DNA of 42,651 nt, from NCBI GenBank assembly GCA_054600435.1, contig BAAIJX010000011.1:558001-600651 (forward strand), written 5' to 3'. Made by a program: the position numbers and the translations under genes. Of the stretch, positions 11,326-20,520 are shown one piece after another (position 1 is the first letter of the stretch; every line of letters begins with the position of its first letter). The notes beneath the pieces are model-generated. The model did not search any database. It had not been told where the DNA came from and saw only the letters and a program-made list of their open reading frames with translations. This stretch comes from Neophaeotheca triangularis. Lineage: Eukaryota.

Positions 11326-12702
11326 TTACGAGCTCCGCGATTGTTCCCCGAAATGATTCGGCTGCTCAGTAGAGGGGACGTTTGCATTGCCTTTGTAACC
11401 CTCAGTCCAAGGAGGTCTGCCATCCTCGTCGAACTCGGCCCATGAGAAATATTCGCAGCCTTTCGAGCCCGGCGTATAATGGCTGTGGCACATCCAAACG
11501 TACCTACCGCGGGTGGCTCGTTTCTTTTGGACGCAACGTAGGACAGTCGGCACGTTGCAATTACATCGTGGCGTATACTTCGGGTGCAGGTAGTCCTGGT
11601 AGCAGCGATATGTGATGTTCAGCCGCTTGTTGCCAGCGATTGGATGCGGATCGATCGTCTGAGCCGGCGCGACCGCGTGCTTCCACTCTTCCTGCATTTC
11701 GGCGTGCATAATGAGAAGAGAATTATGAGGAAGATGGATAGCAATCTGACCTTGCGCGTCGGCGGATGCTGGCTCGTCCGATGGCACGATACGACGCACA
11801 CGAAATTCACGAGCAACTCCCAGGCTCAAGCTCCCGATTACTGCTCGCGGGCCAAGATATGTGAGCTGATCGCTATGGTAGCCTACCGATTCAGTTCCGC
11901 CATCGTAGCAATTGACAAAGCTCGCATTTGTCCTGAAAGGATCAGGAGACTGGAACTTGAGCTTCTTGCCTCCAGGGTAGAATTCACGGCAACGTCTTTC
12001 GATTTCTTCGTTGACTGTCTTCTGGACTCTTTGGGAGACCTTGAGCATTTCAGGGGCAGTCTGGCGAACATCTGCAATAGTGCTTCCGTTGTACACGTAT
12101 TCAGTTTTCTGCTTTTCGACATCGAGGATGGTATCGACGAAGAAGGCCATACTATGAGGACTCTGCACCGTTCTATCAAATAACTGGAAGGTTTGACGGT
12201 GAAATGTGGGTGCTTCTTGCAGCAGCTCACGTAGCAGCTCATTAGCTTCCGGGGCAGGAAGGAAGTTGTGGACGATGGAACACGGCGTACTGTGTTCGAT
12301 ATCCTGCGCCGAGAAAAGGTGCAGTGTTTTGCCCTTCTTGGCAGGTTTCAAACATCTGCCTTTACTGTCGCCCGGTTGGGCTACGTATGCGGCCATGGAG
12401 GACTGACGACCGGTTGAAGAGGGTTTGCGTGGTGGCGACGCAAGCGCAAGGCGATGCTGCTCTGACAGCGTCTTGGATGCTTCTTCCACGGACCCATCAG
12501 AGGCCAATAGACAATCCAGCAGTACATGGTGTTCGTATGTCCTATCAGGGCAGGTGGAAGCCAGAAGTGCAAGCTTAAACTCAGTCGACTCTTCATGCTC
12601 ATCCACCGAAACAGTACGACTAGTTGTCGGACTCGGTTTCAGTAGTGATGCCGCTGGCTCTGGCGAAACCCTGGGCCTCTTGCGCGAAACAAAGGCGTCC
12701 AT
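11326..12702 (-). CDS. AlkB-family (ALKBH2/3-like) 2OG-Fe(II) dioxygenase with a CUE-like N-terminal domain and C-terminal GRF zinc finger
   Basis: NCYDGGTESVGYHSD (HxD), IGSLSLGVAREFR, WKHAV (distal His) and RLNITYR (2OG-binding Args). The C-terminal CNC...RGRYVWMC...GCEYFSW is GRF-ZF-like and LLDCLLASDGSVEEA is CUE-like. First ATG at 12702 (MDAFVSRKRPR). Confidence 0.88.
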   Translation of the reverse strand: MDAFVSRKRPRVSPEPAASLLKPSPTTSRTVSVDEHEESTEFKLALLASTCPDRTYEHHVLLDCLLASDGSVEEASKTLSEQHRLALASPPRKPSSTGRQSSMAAYVAQPGDSKGRCLKPAKKGKTLHLFSAQDIEHSTPCSIVHNFLPAPEANELLRELLQEAPTFHRQTFQLFDRTVQSPHSMAFFVDTILDVEKQKTEYVYNGSTIADVRQTAPEMLKVSQRVQKTVNEEIERRCREFYPGGKKLKFQSPDPFRTNASFVNCYDGGTESVGYHSDQLTYLGPRAVIGSLSLGVAREFRVRRIVPSDEPASADAQGQIAIHLPHNSLLIMHAEMQEEWKHAVAPAQTIDPHPIAGNKRLNITYRCYQDYLHPKYTPRCNCNVPTVLRCVQKKRATRGRYVWMCHSHYTPGSKGCEYFSWAEFDEDGRPPWTEGYKGNANVPSTEQPNHFGEQSRSS

Positions 12703-14433
12703 GCTTGTTCTCCCGCCAGTCTGCAAACAAAGGAGATACTTGACTCGGGCGGTGGAGGTAGACCCGACCCAAAGACTGACCCTAATGGCGTGGTATGGCA
12801 GGGTACTATAAGGTAAGGTACCTATGTAGTAGTAGTAAGGTATAAGTAGTATACCTAGGACTCAGGAGGTAGTACCTAACAGTAATAAGGTGTTGTTGTT
12901 GCCTTCGGCCTCGCTCGCTCTTCGTCGGTGCCGCAGATGGCAGCTCTGACTCGGCAAGGTTTGCACGTGCCGGTGCCTCTCATGTGACTTCGTGAACTAG
13001 CGCACCTCTTCTTCACGCTAATGCCACGTACTAGTTTTTTGACTACTAGTACTAGTAGGTAGTACCTTAGCTTTTAACCCGCTTTCACAGACAGGACCGC
13101 ACGTTTTGTTGACAGCGCTTGTGGCTGCCTTGTAACTTCCAACCTAACCCTTCAACCCCATCAATCACATGAACAGCATGTTTTGCGCATCTTGGACCGT
13201 CTCGAATTTTAGCTAGGTAAGGTACCTAGTGCTTGCGCCATTCCGCTATATCATGCACTCTTGAACCTTTGGCCAACTCTTGGTGTTAGGAGCTAACTAC
13301 TAGTAGTACCGCAACATAAGTTATGACCTAAGCTTCCAGGTTCCCTCTGGAGTGCCCGGCGAAGGAGAAGGGTCATCGTTGTAGGGGGTGGCGACCGTGT
13401 GTACCGAATAAACTGCGGAACCTGGGGGTGGACTGCCATAGACGGGAGTCAGAAGCATAAGTAATAACACTACCTCCTATGACTCTCCCTATCGTGAGGC
13501 TTCTGAGACTACCCTACGGCAAGGTAGATAGGAAGGAGTGTATTGACCATCGATGATGCCCACTTGGTGTAGACTAGTGAAAAGTAACTCCAACGCAGTT
13601 GAACATGTCAGGTTTGAATCAGCCTGGGCGACGTCTAATGGCTGGCCATGCAGAACCTCGTGCATGAAAGTGATGCAGGATGTGTGCTGGCTGTTTGAGG
13701 GTCTGCAACCTAACTCGAGGTGTAAACCAAACAAACACACTACATGTACTCCCCAGTTTGTGCACAATAACAATAACAATGATAATCTTACCAATGGCTG
13801 ATGCACGGAACCCGCCGCATTGATCCATGAATGCCATCCAGCTGGTTTCATGAGTGTTGACGCAAGCGATCCATTAAGACTACACACAAGAGCCAGTGCA
13901 TTACTACTACCCACCTAGTACCTACCTATTATTGTTGTACTAGTACGACTTACGAGGTCGTAGTCAGTCGTAGCCTGTAGGACTCTAGGACTAGGGGTCC
14001 TTTACTAGTCTCAGGAGGAAATTAGGTCCCTGCCTTTCTTGGCTTCGGCTGCTTTGCTTGTTTGGTCCGCCCATCGCGCCACTCCTAACTCACGCTCTCA
14101 CCACTACTACCACCACTTTTCCAACAACCCGACACCACCACCTCCTCCACCACCACTGCCGCCGCCATCATCGCCATCTCCCTCCACCCACCCACCCACC
14201 CACCCCTCCTCTCCATCACCTTGTCGCCAGCCGCGCAATTATCACCAGGACCACGACCCAACTTGCCTTGCAACAGCGACTTCTTTTCCGAGACCGAGCG
14301 CCTGCTGCGCAAACCATCCGGACGCGCGTGTGTTGACCCGTCGCATTCCACGGCAAGCAAGCACCTACGCCACCACCACCTTGACCACCATACCCCATCC
14401 TTATCGCCTTGTTCTGCGCACATACCTCCTCCC

Positions 14434-14451
14434 ATGTGGTATCTCCGATAG
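14434..14451 (+). promoter_or_regulatory. Candidate uORF (MWYLR*) in the putative Wee1 5' leader
   Basis: ATG TGG TAT CTC CGA TAG inside a long C-rich tract upstream of the kinase ATG. The transcript start is unknown. Confidence 0.3.
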
Positions 14452-14738
14452 CCTCACCGACGACACCCTCCCACCGTATACCAACCACATCTTCACCGAC
14501 AAATCGCCCACGACCGCGCCTGCCGTAACCCCCGTCTCGAAAAGTCGCCGCCTGATTACATCCTCGGGCCACTACACAGATCATTTTGAGACACAGTAGG
14601 CAACAGAATTCTGTCACTCTAGGCATCAACAGTCAACAAACATCCCGCTATTTGCCTACCTACACCAACGTCGGGCAAACCGAGAGATTATCTTCTTCAG
14701 CGCGCGCACTTACGGGCAAGTTTTGCGCATACCGTCCG

Positions 14739-14750
14739 ATGAATACCTAG
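14739..14750 (+). promoter_or_regulatory. Candidate uORF (MNT*) ending 3 nt before the Wee1 start codon
   Basis: ATG AAT ACC TAG atc ATG, in frame with the main ORF. Confidence 0.45.
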
Positions 14751-14753
14751 ATC

Positions 14754-17700
14754 ATGGAGCTCCAGTACTCACCCTGCCGCTCGCCAGGTGGTGCTCCCCA
14801 CCTGTTGTCGCCTACTCACGCCCACACTCAGAGGCGCAGTGTGGAAGGCTTCCCATCCATCAAGCAGATCCGCCGCTCGCTTGACCGCTCGCCATCGAAA
14901 CCGTCTCGCTTCACGCTATACACTGCCAAGTCACCGAGCAGCTCGCCAACCGCGCCAGCGCCATCGTCTGGCCTTGCAAGAGCCTACAGCGCTCCTGATG
15001 CCAACGAACCACAAACACAGTCCAAATTCCATGTGAAGCGGCCGAGTCTCGCGAGGACGGCATCCCGAAGAAACTCGCCAATTACAAAAGCATCACCACC
15101 GCGAAGCCCGCTTCGACGCGCTTTGAGCGACAACACCAGTAACGTCAACTCGGTGCCCAGGCGTTCTACACGGGCTTTGTCAGGATTTGACCAGGAAAAC
15201 ATGGACACATCTGAAGACGCACACCCCGTTCGCTCACCTCGCTTTGACGATCCCATCAAACTCGACTTGTTCAAGGCGCGTTCGGACAAGTCGCTAAAAG
15301 AGCAGGGTGCACCAGCAAAGTCGAGTCCGCTCAAGCGCAGTGACGGCGTCATGAATCTCGAGGCTGCAAGCTTCGGTAGCCCACGCGCGAAGCGCAGGAG
15401 CTTGCATGGCGCTTCTTCGTTCGGTTCGGACTTCAATGTGTTCGACCAAGGCTTCGATGGCACCCGGAGCGAAGCTGCGGAGTCTTTCGAAGACAAGGAA
15501 CGAGAGAGTAACGGCCGCTATTCCTCTACCTCGCCCCAGACTGTACCTTCGGCATCACCACATAAACGCCCATTTAGCCTGCGTAAGTCTACATTGCAGC
15601 AGCGCAGCGGTGCTGGTAGAGCCAGACTGTTTGCAGACAGCGCACCAGAGGGACCTTCCAGCCCAGCGCTTTCCCGTGCGCGGTCAAGAATCTCACTGGA
15701 TGGTGCATTGCCTCTCCGAAGTCCGGACATGGGTTCATCTTCTCGCAGAAACACCCCAACGGATCCGACCGCGCTGTTCCCACCGCCTGCCCAGAGACAG
15801 CACCATTCAGCGCCAAAGCCTCACCCGCTGTCTCACGCTCTGACCCCCTCTTCCTCGACGTCCAGCATAACGGAGGATTCTTCAAAACAGACTCAAATGC
15901 CACCTGGGCCAACTTTCGCCAAACCGCAGGAATCCCGTCAGGCTCCACCTGTGTTTTCGAAGTCGTTGCCAATTGGCGCCATGAGGCCTGCTCAATCTCA
16001 TGCAAATGCAGATGGGTCTCAAGAGTCTTTTGCGACTCCGGCGGCCTACAAGATGGCTAAGCCTTTACCGGCGGCTTTCATGTCTACAGGACTCATCTCG
16101 AAGCGGAACCGTAACATGGACGTGCCACCCGCATCCTTTGGCTCCAGCATGCAGATGCCAGATACTCCGTCCAAGAAGGCTCATGTTATGATTACAAAGT
16201 CGCCAGCACCCTCCGCCCTCGGCAAGACGGTCCAACCTCCCCAGCACGAATTCGGGAGTCCTACAACGCCCTTCAACATGCGCACATACAAAGTCTCACC
16301 GGAAACCTTTGGCAAGAATGTCAACATTTTTGGGTCCCGGGTCGGCGCGACCCAACTGACCCGGCGCGGTAGCTTCGTTAGCCTTGACGGTGACGAGCAC
16401 AATCAATCGCCTACCCACCGACTAGAAGCCAAGCCCTCTATGGAAGACTTACCTCCTACACCTACCAAAGGGTCCACCACTGTTCGACCACAATCAAAAG
16501 GCAAGAGTAACAGCTTGCGCAGCAGTCTCTTTGGCAGAAGGACATCGCTGGGCCCAGACACTTTCGCCTCCCCTGCGGACGAAGGAGACTCGAAGCAAGA
16601 AGCCGACAAGAGTAAGTTTCATGTGCCACTCCAATGCCTTGCCGCCGCGGGAGCAACGATTCGGCGTCAATCTGTACTGGGTGCTGACGATGTGTGTTTT
16701 GAAGCAACGACGCCTCCCAACGGGCCGAAAACGAGCCAAATCTCGCCACACACCCCGCAAGAATCCTTCACGCCCCCGGACCCGAGCGGCCTTTCCATAT
16801 CTGTAGATCACCGCGCGCCCCTTCTTTTTGGCAGCAGCAGCAACAGCTACCCGCCAGCAACCCCGACTGGGCCTCGTGATTCAATATTCGGCTCAAGCGC
16901 GATCCCCGGAATGGGCCAGAGCAACAGTGCGAGCGGGTTCTTTGGAGGCGATGTCGACACATCTCTCACCTCACGCTTCAACTCTGTACAAACGCTTGGA
17001 ATTGGCGAATTCTCGCAAGTCTATCGTGTCGAGAAGCCGCTCGGTGCGCCCTCAGCGACTTGGCAGCGCAGTACAAGCTCGGCTGGCCACGTCTGGGCAG
17101 TCAAGAAGAGCAAGCGCCCGTACACGGGGAACCGTGACCGTGAACAGAAGATGCGCGAAGTCAACATACTCAATGCACTGCGCGGCCATGAGCACATCAT
17201 TGAGTTCGAAGCTAGTTGGGAGTCTAAAAACCATCTTTACATCCAAACCGAATTCTGCGAAAACGGCAACCTCAAGGACTTCCTCACCCAAACCGGGTTT
17301 AAGGGACGTTTAGATGACTTCCGCATCTGGAAAGTTTTGTTGGAGCTTACTCAAGGGATCAAATCCATACACGATGCGAGCTACATTCACCTCGATCTCA
17401 AGCCTGCAAACGTCCTCATCGACTGGGAAGGTGTGCTGAAAATCGCCGACTTTGGCATCGCAAGCACGTGGCCAGCTCCACCCCACCTGGACGGCGAAGG
17501 TGATCGCGAGTATATTGGGCCCGAGGTCCTTTCTGGTCGCTTCGACAAGCCCGCCGACATCTTCTCGCTCGGTATGATCATGCTTGAGATTGCCGGCAAC
17601 ATAGTACTACCCGACAACGGCACTTCCTGGCAACGCCTGCGTGCCGGTGACCTGAGTGACCTGCCCAGCCTGACCTGGAGTTCCGAAACAAGCCTGGTGC

Positions 17701-18077
17701 GCGACGAGTCCGGCGACCCCGTGGAGCTCCTCAATGGCGCATCAGCGGACTCTCTGTGCATGTCTCACCTGGGTGATGACGATGATCTCAGCTTTCTGCG
17801 CCCGACGGCGCCAAAGATGGAACGAAGCCAGGAGCTTGTGCAGGCACCAAACTTCATGATCGACCCGGCCGACCCCGAAGCTCTCGACCGTGTCGTGCAG
17901 TGGATGATCTGTCCCGAACCGGATCAACGCCCCACGGTTGATCAGTTGCTCCAGGCGGGCGGTGTACAGTGGGTTGAGCGACGCAGGAGAGCAGGCGCCA
18001 CTGTCTTCGAGGGCAACTGGGGCCCAGCCGATGATGTACTTAATCATGAGCAGGATGTGGAGATGCTTGACATCTGA
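14754..18077 (+). CDS. WEE1: Wee1/Swe1/Mik1-family CDK-inhibitory kinase; probable 93-nt in-frame intron at 16612-16704
   Basis: LGIGEFSQVY, WAVKKSK, LYIQTEFCENG, HLDLKPAN, DFG and the Wee1-diagnostic EGDREY, followed by ADIFSLG and LPDNGTSWQRLRAGD. The long S/P-rich N-terminus includes PLPAAFMSTGLISKRNR and MPDTP. Confidence 0.93.
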   Translation: MELQYSPCRSPGGAPHLLSPTHAHTQRRSVEGFPSIKQIRRSLDRSPSKPSRFTLYTAKSPSSSPTAPAPSSGLARAYSAPDANEPQTQSKFHVKRPSLARTASRRNSPITKASPPRSPLRRALSDNTSNVNSVPRRSTRALSGFDQENMDTSEDAHPVRSPRFDDPIKLDLFKARSDKSLKEQGAPAKSSPLKRSDGVMNLEAASFGSPRAKRRSLHGASSFGSDFNVFDQGFDGTRSEAAESFEDKERESNGRYSSTSPQTVPSASPHKRPFSLRKSTLQQRSGAGRARLFADSAPEGPSSPALSRARSRISLDGALPLRSPDMGSSSRRNTPTDPTALFPPPAQRQHHSAPKPHPLSHALTPSSSTSSITEDSSKQTQMPPGPTFAKPQESRQAPPVFSKSLPIGAMRPAQSHANADGSQESFATPAAYKMAKPLPAAFMSTGLISKRNRNMDVPPASFGSSMQMPDTPSKKAHVMITKSPAPSALGKTVQPPQHEFGSPTTPFNMRTYKVSPETFGKNVNIFGSRVGATQLTRRGSFVSLDGDEHNQSPTHRLEAKPSMEDLPPTPTKGSTTVRPQSKGKSNSLRSSLFGRRTSLGPDTFASPADEGDSKQEADKSKFHVPLQCLAAAGATIRRQSVLGADDVCFEATTPPNGPKTSQISPHTPQESFTPPDPSGLSISVDHRAPLLFGSSSNSYPPATPTGPRDSIFGSSAIPGMGQSNSASGFFGGDVDTSLTSRFNSVQTLGIGEFSQVYRVEKPLGAPSATWQRSTSSAGHVWAVKKSKRPYTGNRDREQKMREVNILNALRGHEHIIEFEASWESKNHLYIQTEFCENGNLKDFLTQTGFKGRLDDFRIWKVLLELTQGIKSIHDASYIHLDLKPANVLIDWEGVLKIADFGIASTWPAPPHLDGEGDREYIGPEVLSGRFDKPADIFSLGMIMLEIAGNIVLPDNGTSWQRLRAGDLSDLPSLTWSSETSLVRDESGDPVELLNGASADSLCMSHLGDDDDLSFLRPTAPKMERSQELVQAPNFMIDPADPEALDRVVQWMICPEPDQRPTVDQLLQAGGVQWVERRRRAGATVFEGNWGPADDVLNHEQDVEMLDI

Positions 18078-19550
18078 TGGTGAAAGGGAACGAGGATGGG
18101 TAGGGAAAGGTACCGAATTGTAACGGCCGCAATTTACGACTTGATGACATGCTATGGCGTTTGGGTGTGAATGAGATTACTGGGAACATGGGTGCCGGTC
18201 ACTAACTACTACAACAAGTTGGGCCTTTACGGACATGGGATTGTTTCAGGGTTTGGAGAGACGAGCATAGCATTTGCAAAGCGCGTGGAGTACTTTGCTT
18301 TCGTGTTGCTTTGCGCAATGCATCTGGAATAGCGCACCTCAAAGGGTTGGCTTTCGAACACAGAACATGGTGCCAAAGTCTGGACCGTTTGCTTGGGATT
18401 TGCAGAGACACTGAGACGTATTGTCCTCTTCACACTAAGGTAGTTGCTTGCTATCTCAGTAGTGCGCTGATGCCAATGTCAAGGCGTGATCTCGATTGCT
18501 GCACTCGTACCACAATACCCGCGTTATGTGTTTCCAATCTTGAATATGCTGTCGTCTCAGATTCAGTGATCCTTGCCAAATGCATTAGCAGACCAGCTGT
18601 CCCAGAGGCTGCAACGCTGCCGACTCACTATGCGTCTATAATGCAACCCTCGCTCCCGAATGACGTCCTAATCTAAATCCAGCGGGCGCCGCAACAAGAG
18701 ATTTAAGCTGAGAGGGTGAGGCACTTCCGACGAGGCGAATTGCCTAGGTACCTAGCTCTTTTTCCAGAGCATGTCAGCCTTCGTAGTAGTCTGGCACAAG
18801 CATCGACGCAGGGTCAAAACATGCTGAATTTTGCAATCTGTACGTGTATTGTTGTCCCCGGGACCAAGCGCGGCTCTCGGTCTTTTGAGGCGCATGTTCC
18901 GCAAGCTAGTCGGGATAGTCAGTAAGGTAGGTAGGTAGCTGAGGTGCTGGATGGTTGGATTTGCTTCTACCTAGATTGATTGACTGTAGGCCCGCTCTTG
19001 AGTGGGTTTGAGCGGGTTTATGGAGGCATTTTACTTTTCGACAGACTGCTTGGTTCGAGTCGGGAAGATCGAGCGTGCTTTGATGACTAGACAGAAGCGG
19101 GGAGTTGTCTCGAATCACGAGGTGGAATGGGATTTCCACCAAAAGAGAGACGTCGAGCCCACCCTTTTCATTGATATGGCATCGTGCAGAGTCGAGTGCT
19201 TGGATTAATCACATATGTCTTGTATTTCTGGATGAGCTGGCTGAAGCTGACAGGCTGCTTTGGCCATAGTCGGCGTTTAGAACCAGGCTGTGCGGACTAG
19301 TGGTTGCACAACTTAGCCTTACAACTGTACTACACAACGTCGCACTCACTCTACAGGTTTGTCAGATCGTCAGGTCACCGAGGAACGCAGAGGAGGCAGC
19401 TGGCTCCGGGATAAGCTGTCGGTGTATAGTCTTTTAGCGAAGAAAACCCTTCGTCTACTAGACAACAAGCCTTGAAGGTTCTCCTGCGCTGAAGCAGGTC
19501 GTGAATGCCACTACCACGGCTCTCTGACGATGGCTTTTGGGTTCGACTTT

Positions 19551-19580
19551 GATAGATAGATAGATAGATAGATATAGATA
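19551..19580 (+). repeat. (GATA)n microsatellite
   Basis: gatagatagatagatagatagatatagata: six perfect GATA units plus an imperfect tail. Confidence 0.85.
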
Positions 19581-20520
19581 TCAGGTAGCATGAGCGGGGC
19601 AGAGCAATCTAAACACATCCGACGGTCAGCGCAAGAAGTGAACGTACCGTACCTAGGTAGCGTGGCTTTCATAGCTATAGCTGCTGCGGACGAGAGAAAG
19701 GGGTCTACATGAGGCTCCAACATATATACATTTGGCGCAGAACGCAGAAGATAGATCTCAAGAAAACAAACCCCTTTTCGCAACATTGAGATTGAAAACG
19801 ACTGTCGATATGATCTTGTGGCAGCTACCACTAGCTGTAATTGCTTGGTCTAACCATCATCCTATACTACGCTTTCCTCTTTCTTTCGACGATAGGACGC
19901 AGGGGCAGGGATTTACCTCCTGGCCCACCAACCATTCCTCTCCTTGGTAACATACACCAGGTTTGTACCTCAAGTAGGTAGGTAGTCGGAGTCGTCGTTG
20001 GTTCGAAGCTCACTAGTCACAGATGCCCACAAGGGACGCGCACCTGCAGTTCGCCAAATAGGTCGAGGAGTACGGTCCGTGATGAGTCTTGTCCAGTGAG
20101 CACGGAGGAGACTTGGAGACTGATGTCAGATCAAGGTGACGTCTACAGCCTGCAGGTGATATTGGGTACCGAGACCAAAGTGATGATCGTCGACAGACAG
20201 ACCGGAGCTGAGCTGTACATTGGCCAAGACGTGTCGTTATCGTTTGGAAGCAGCCGGAGAGAATCAACTTTTACCTTATTATGATGGAAGGTTTTAAGGA
20301 AGGGACGGCTCACTGCAGGAGTTGGTCCCCGCGTCAAAGCTCGACAGACGGCAGCATCTTTACAACGCTGTTTTAAGGTATCAGCTACCTACCTAAGTAC
20401 CGTAAGAAGTAACGAATACATACCTTGTTAAGACAACGACATGGTATGAGCAAGTGTAACAATATCAAGATCAGATTGTTTACCACTTGCCGAAACTACT
20501 CTTCAAAACCAGCGACAAAC

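Noticed and set aside
13140..13465. Telomerase RNA idea (CTAACCCT at ~13144, ATAAGT motifs, a stem nearby)
   Set aside because: No full 1.5-repeat template, no U-rich triple-helix pseudoknot, and no Sm-like site before ATAAGT.
14039..14599. 186-aa Pro/His/Thr-rich ORF upstream of Wee1
   Set aside because: TTG start and low-complexity C-rich DNA that naturally lacks stops; better explained as 5' leader.
19052..19065. B-box-like GGTTCGAGTC (also GGTTCGA near 10659, 19540, 20001)
   Set aside because: T-stem does not pair and there is no A-box or cloverleaf; not a tRNA.
18200..20340. Short ORFs in the 2.4-kb gap (e.g. 19002-19208, 20096-20284)
   Set aside because: No recognisable motifs or coherent exon chain, and mostly non-ATG starts. 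Small or decayed genes cannot be excluded.
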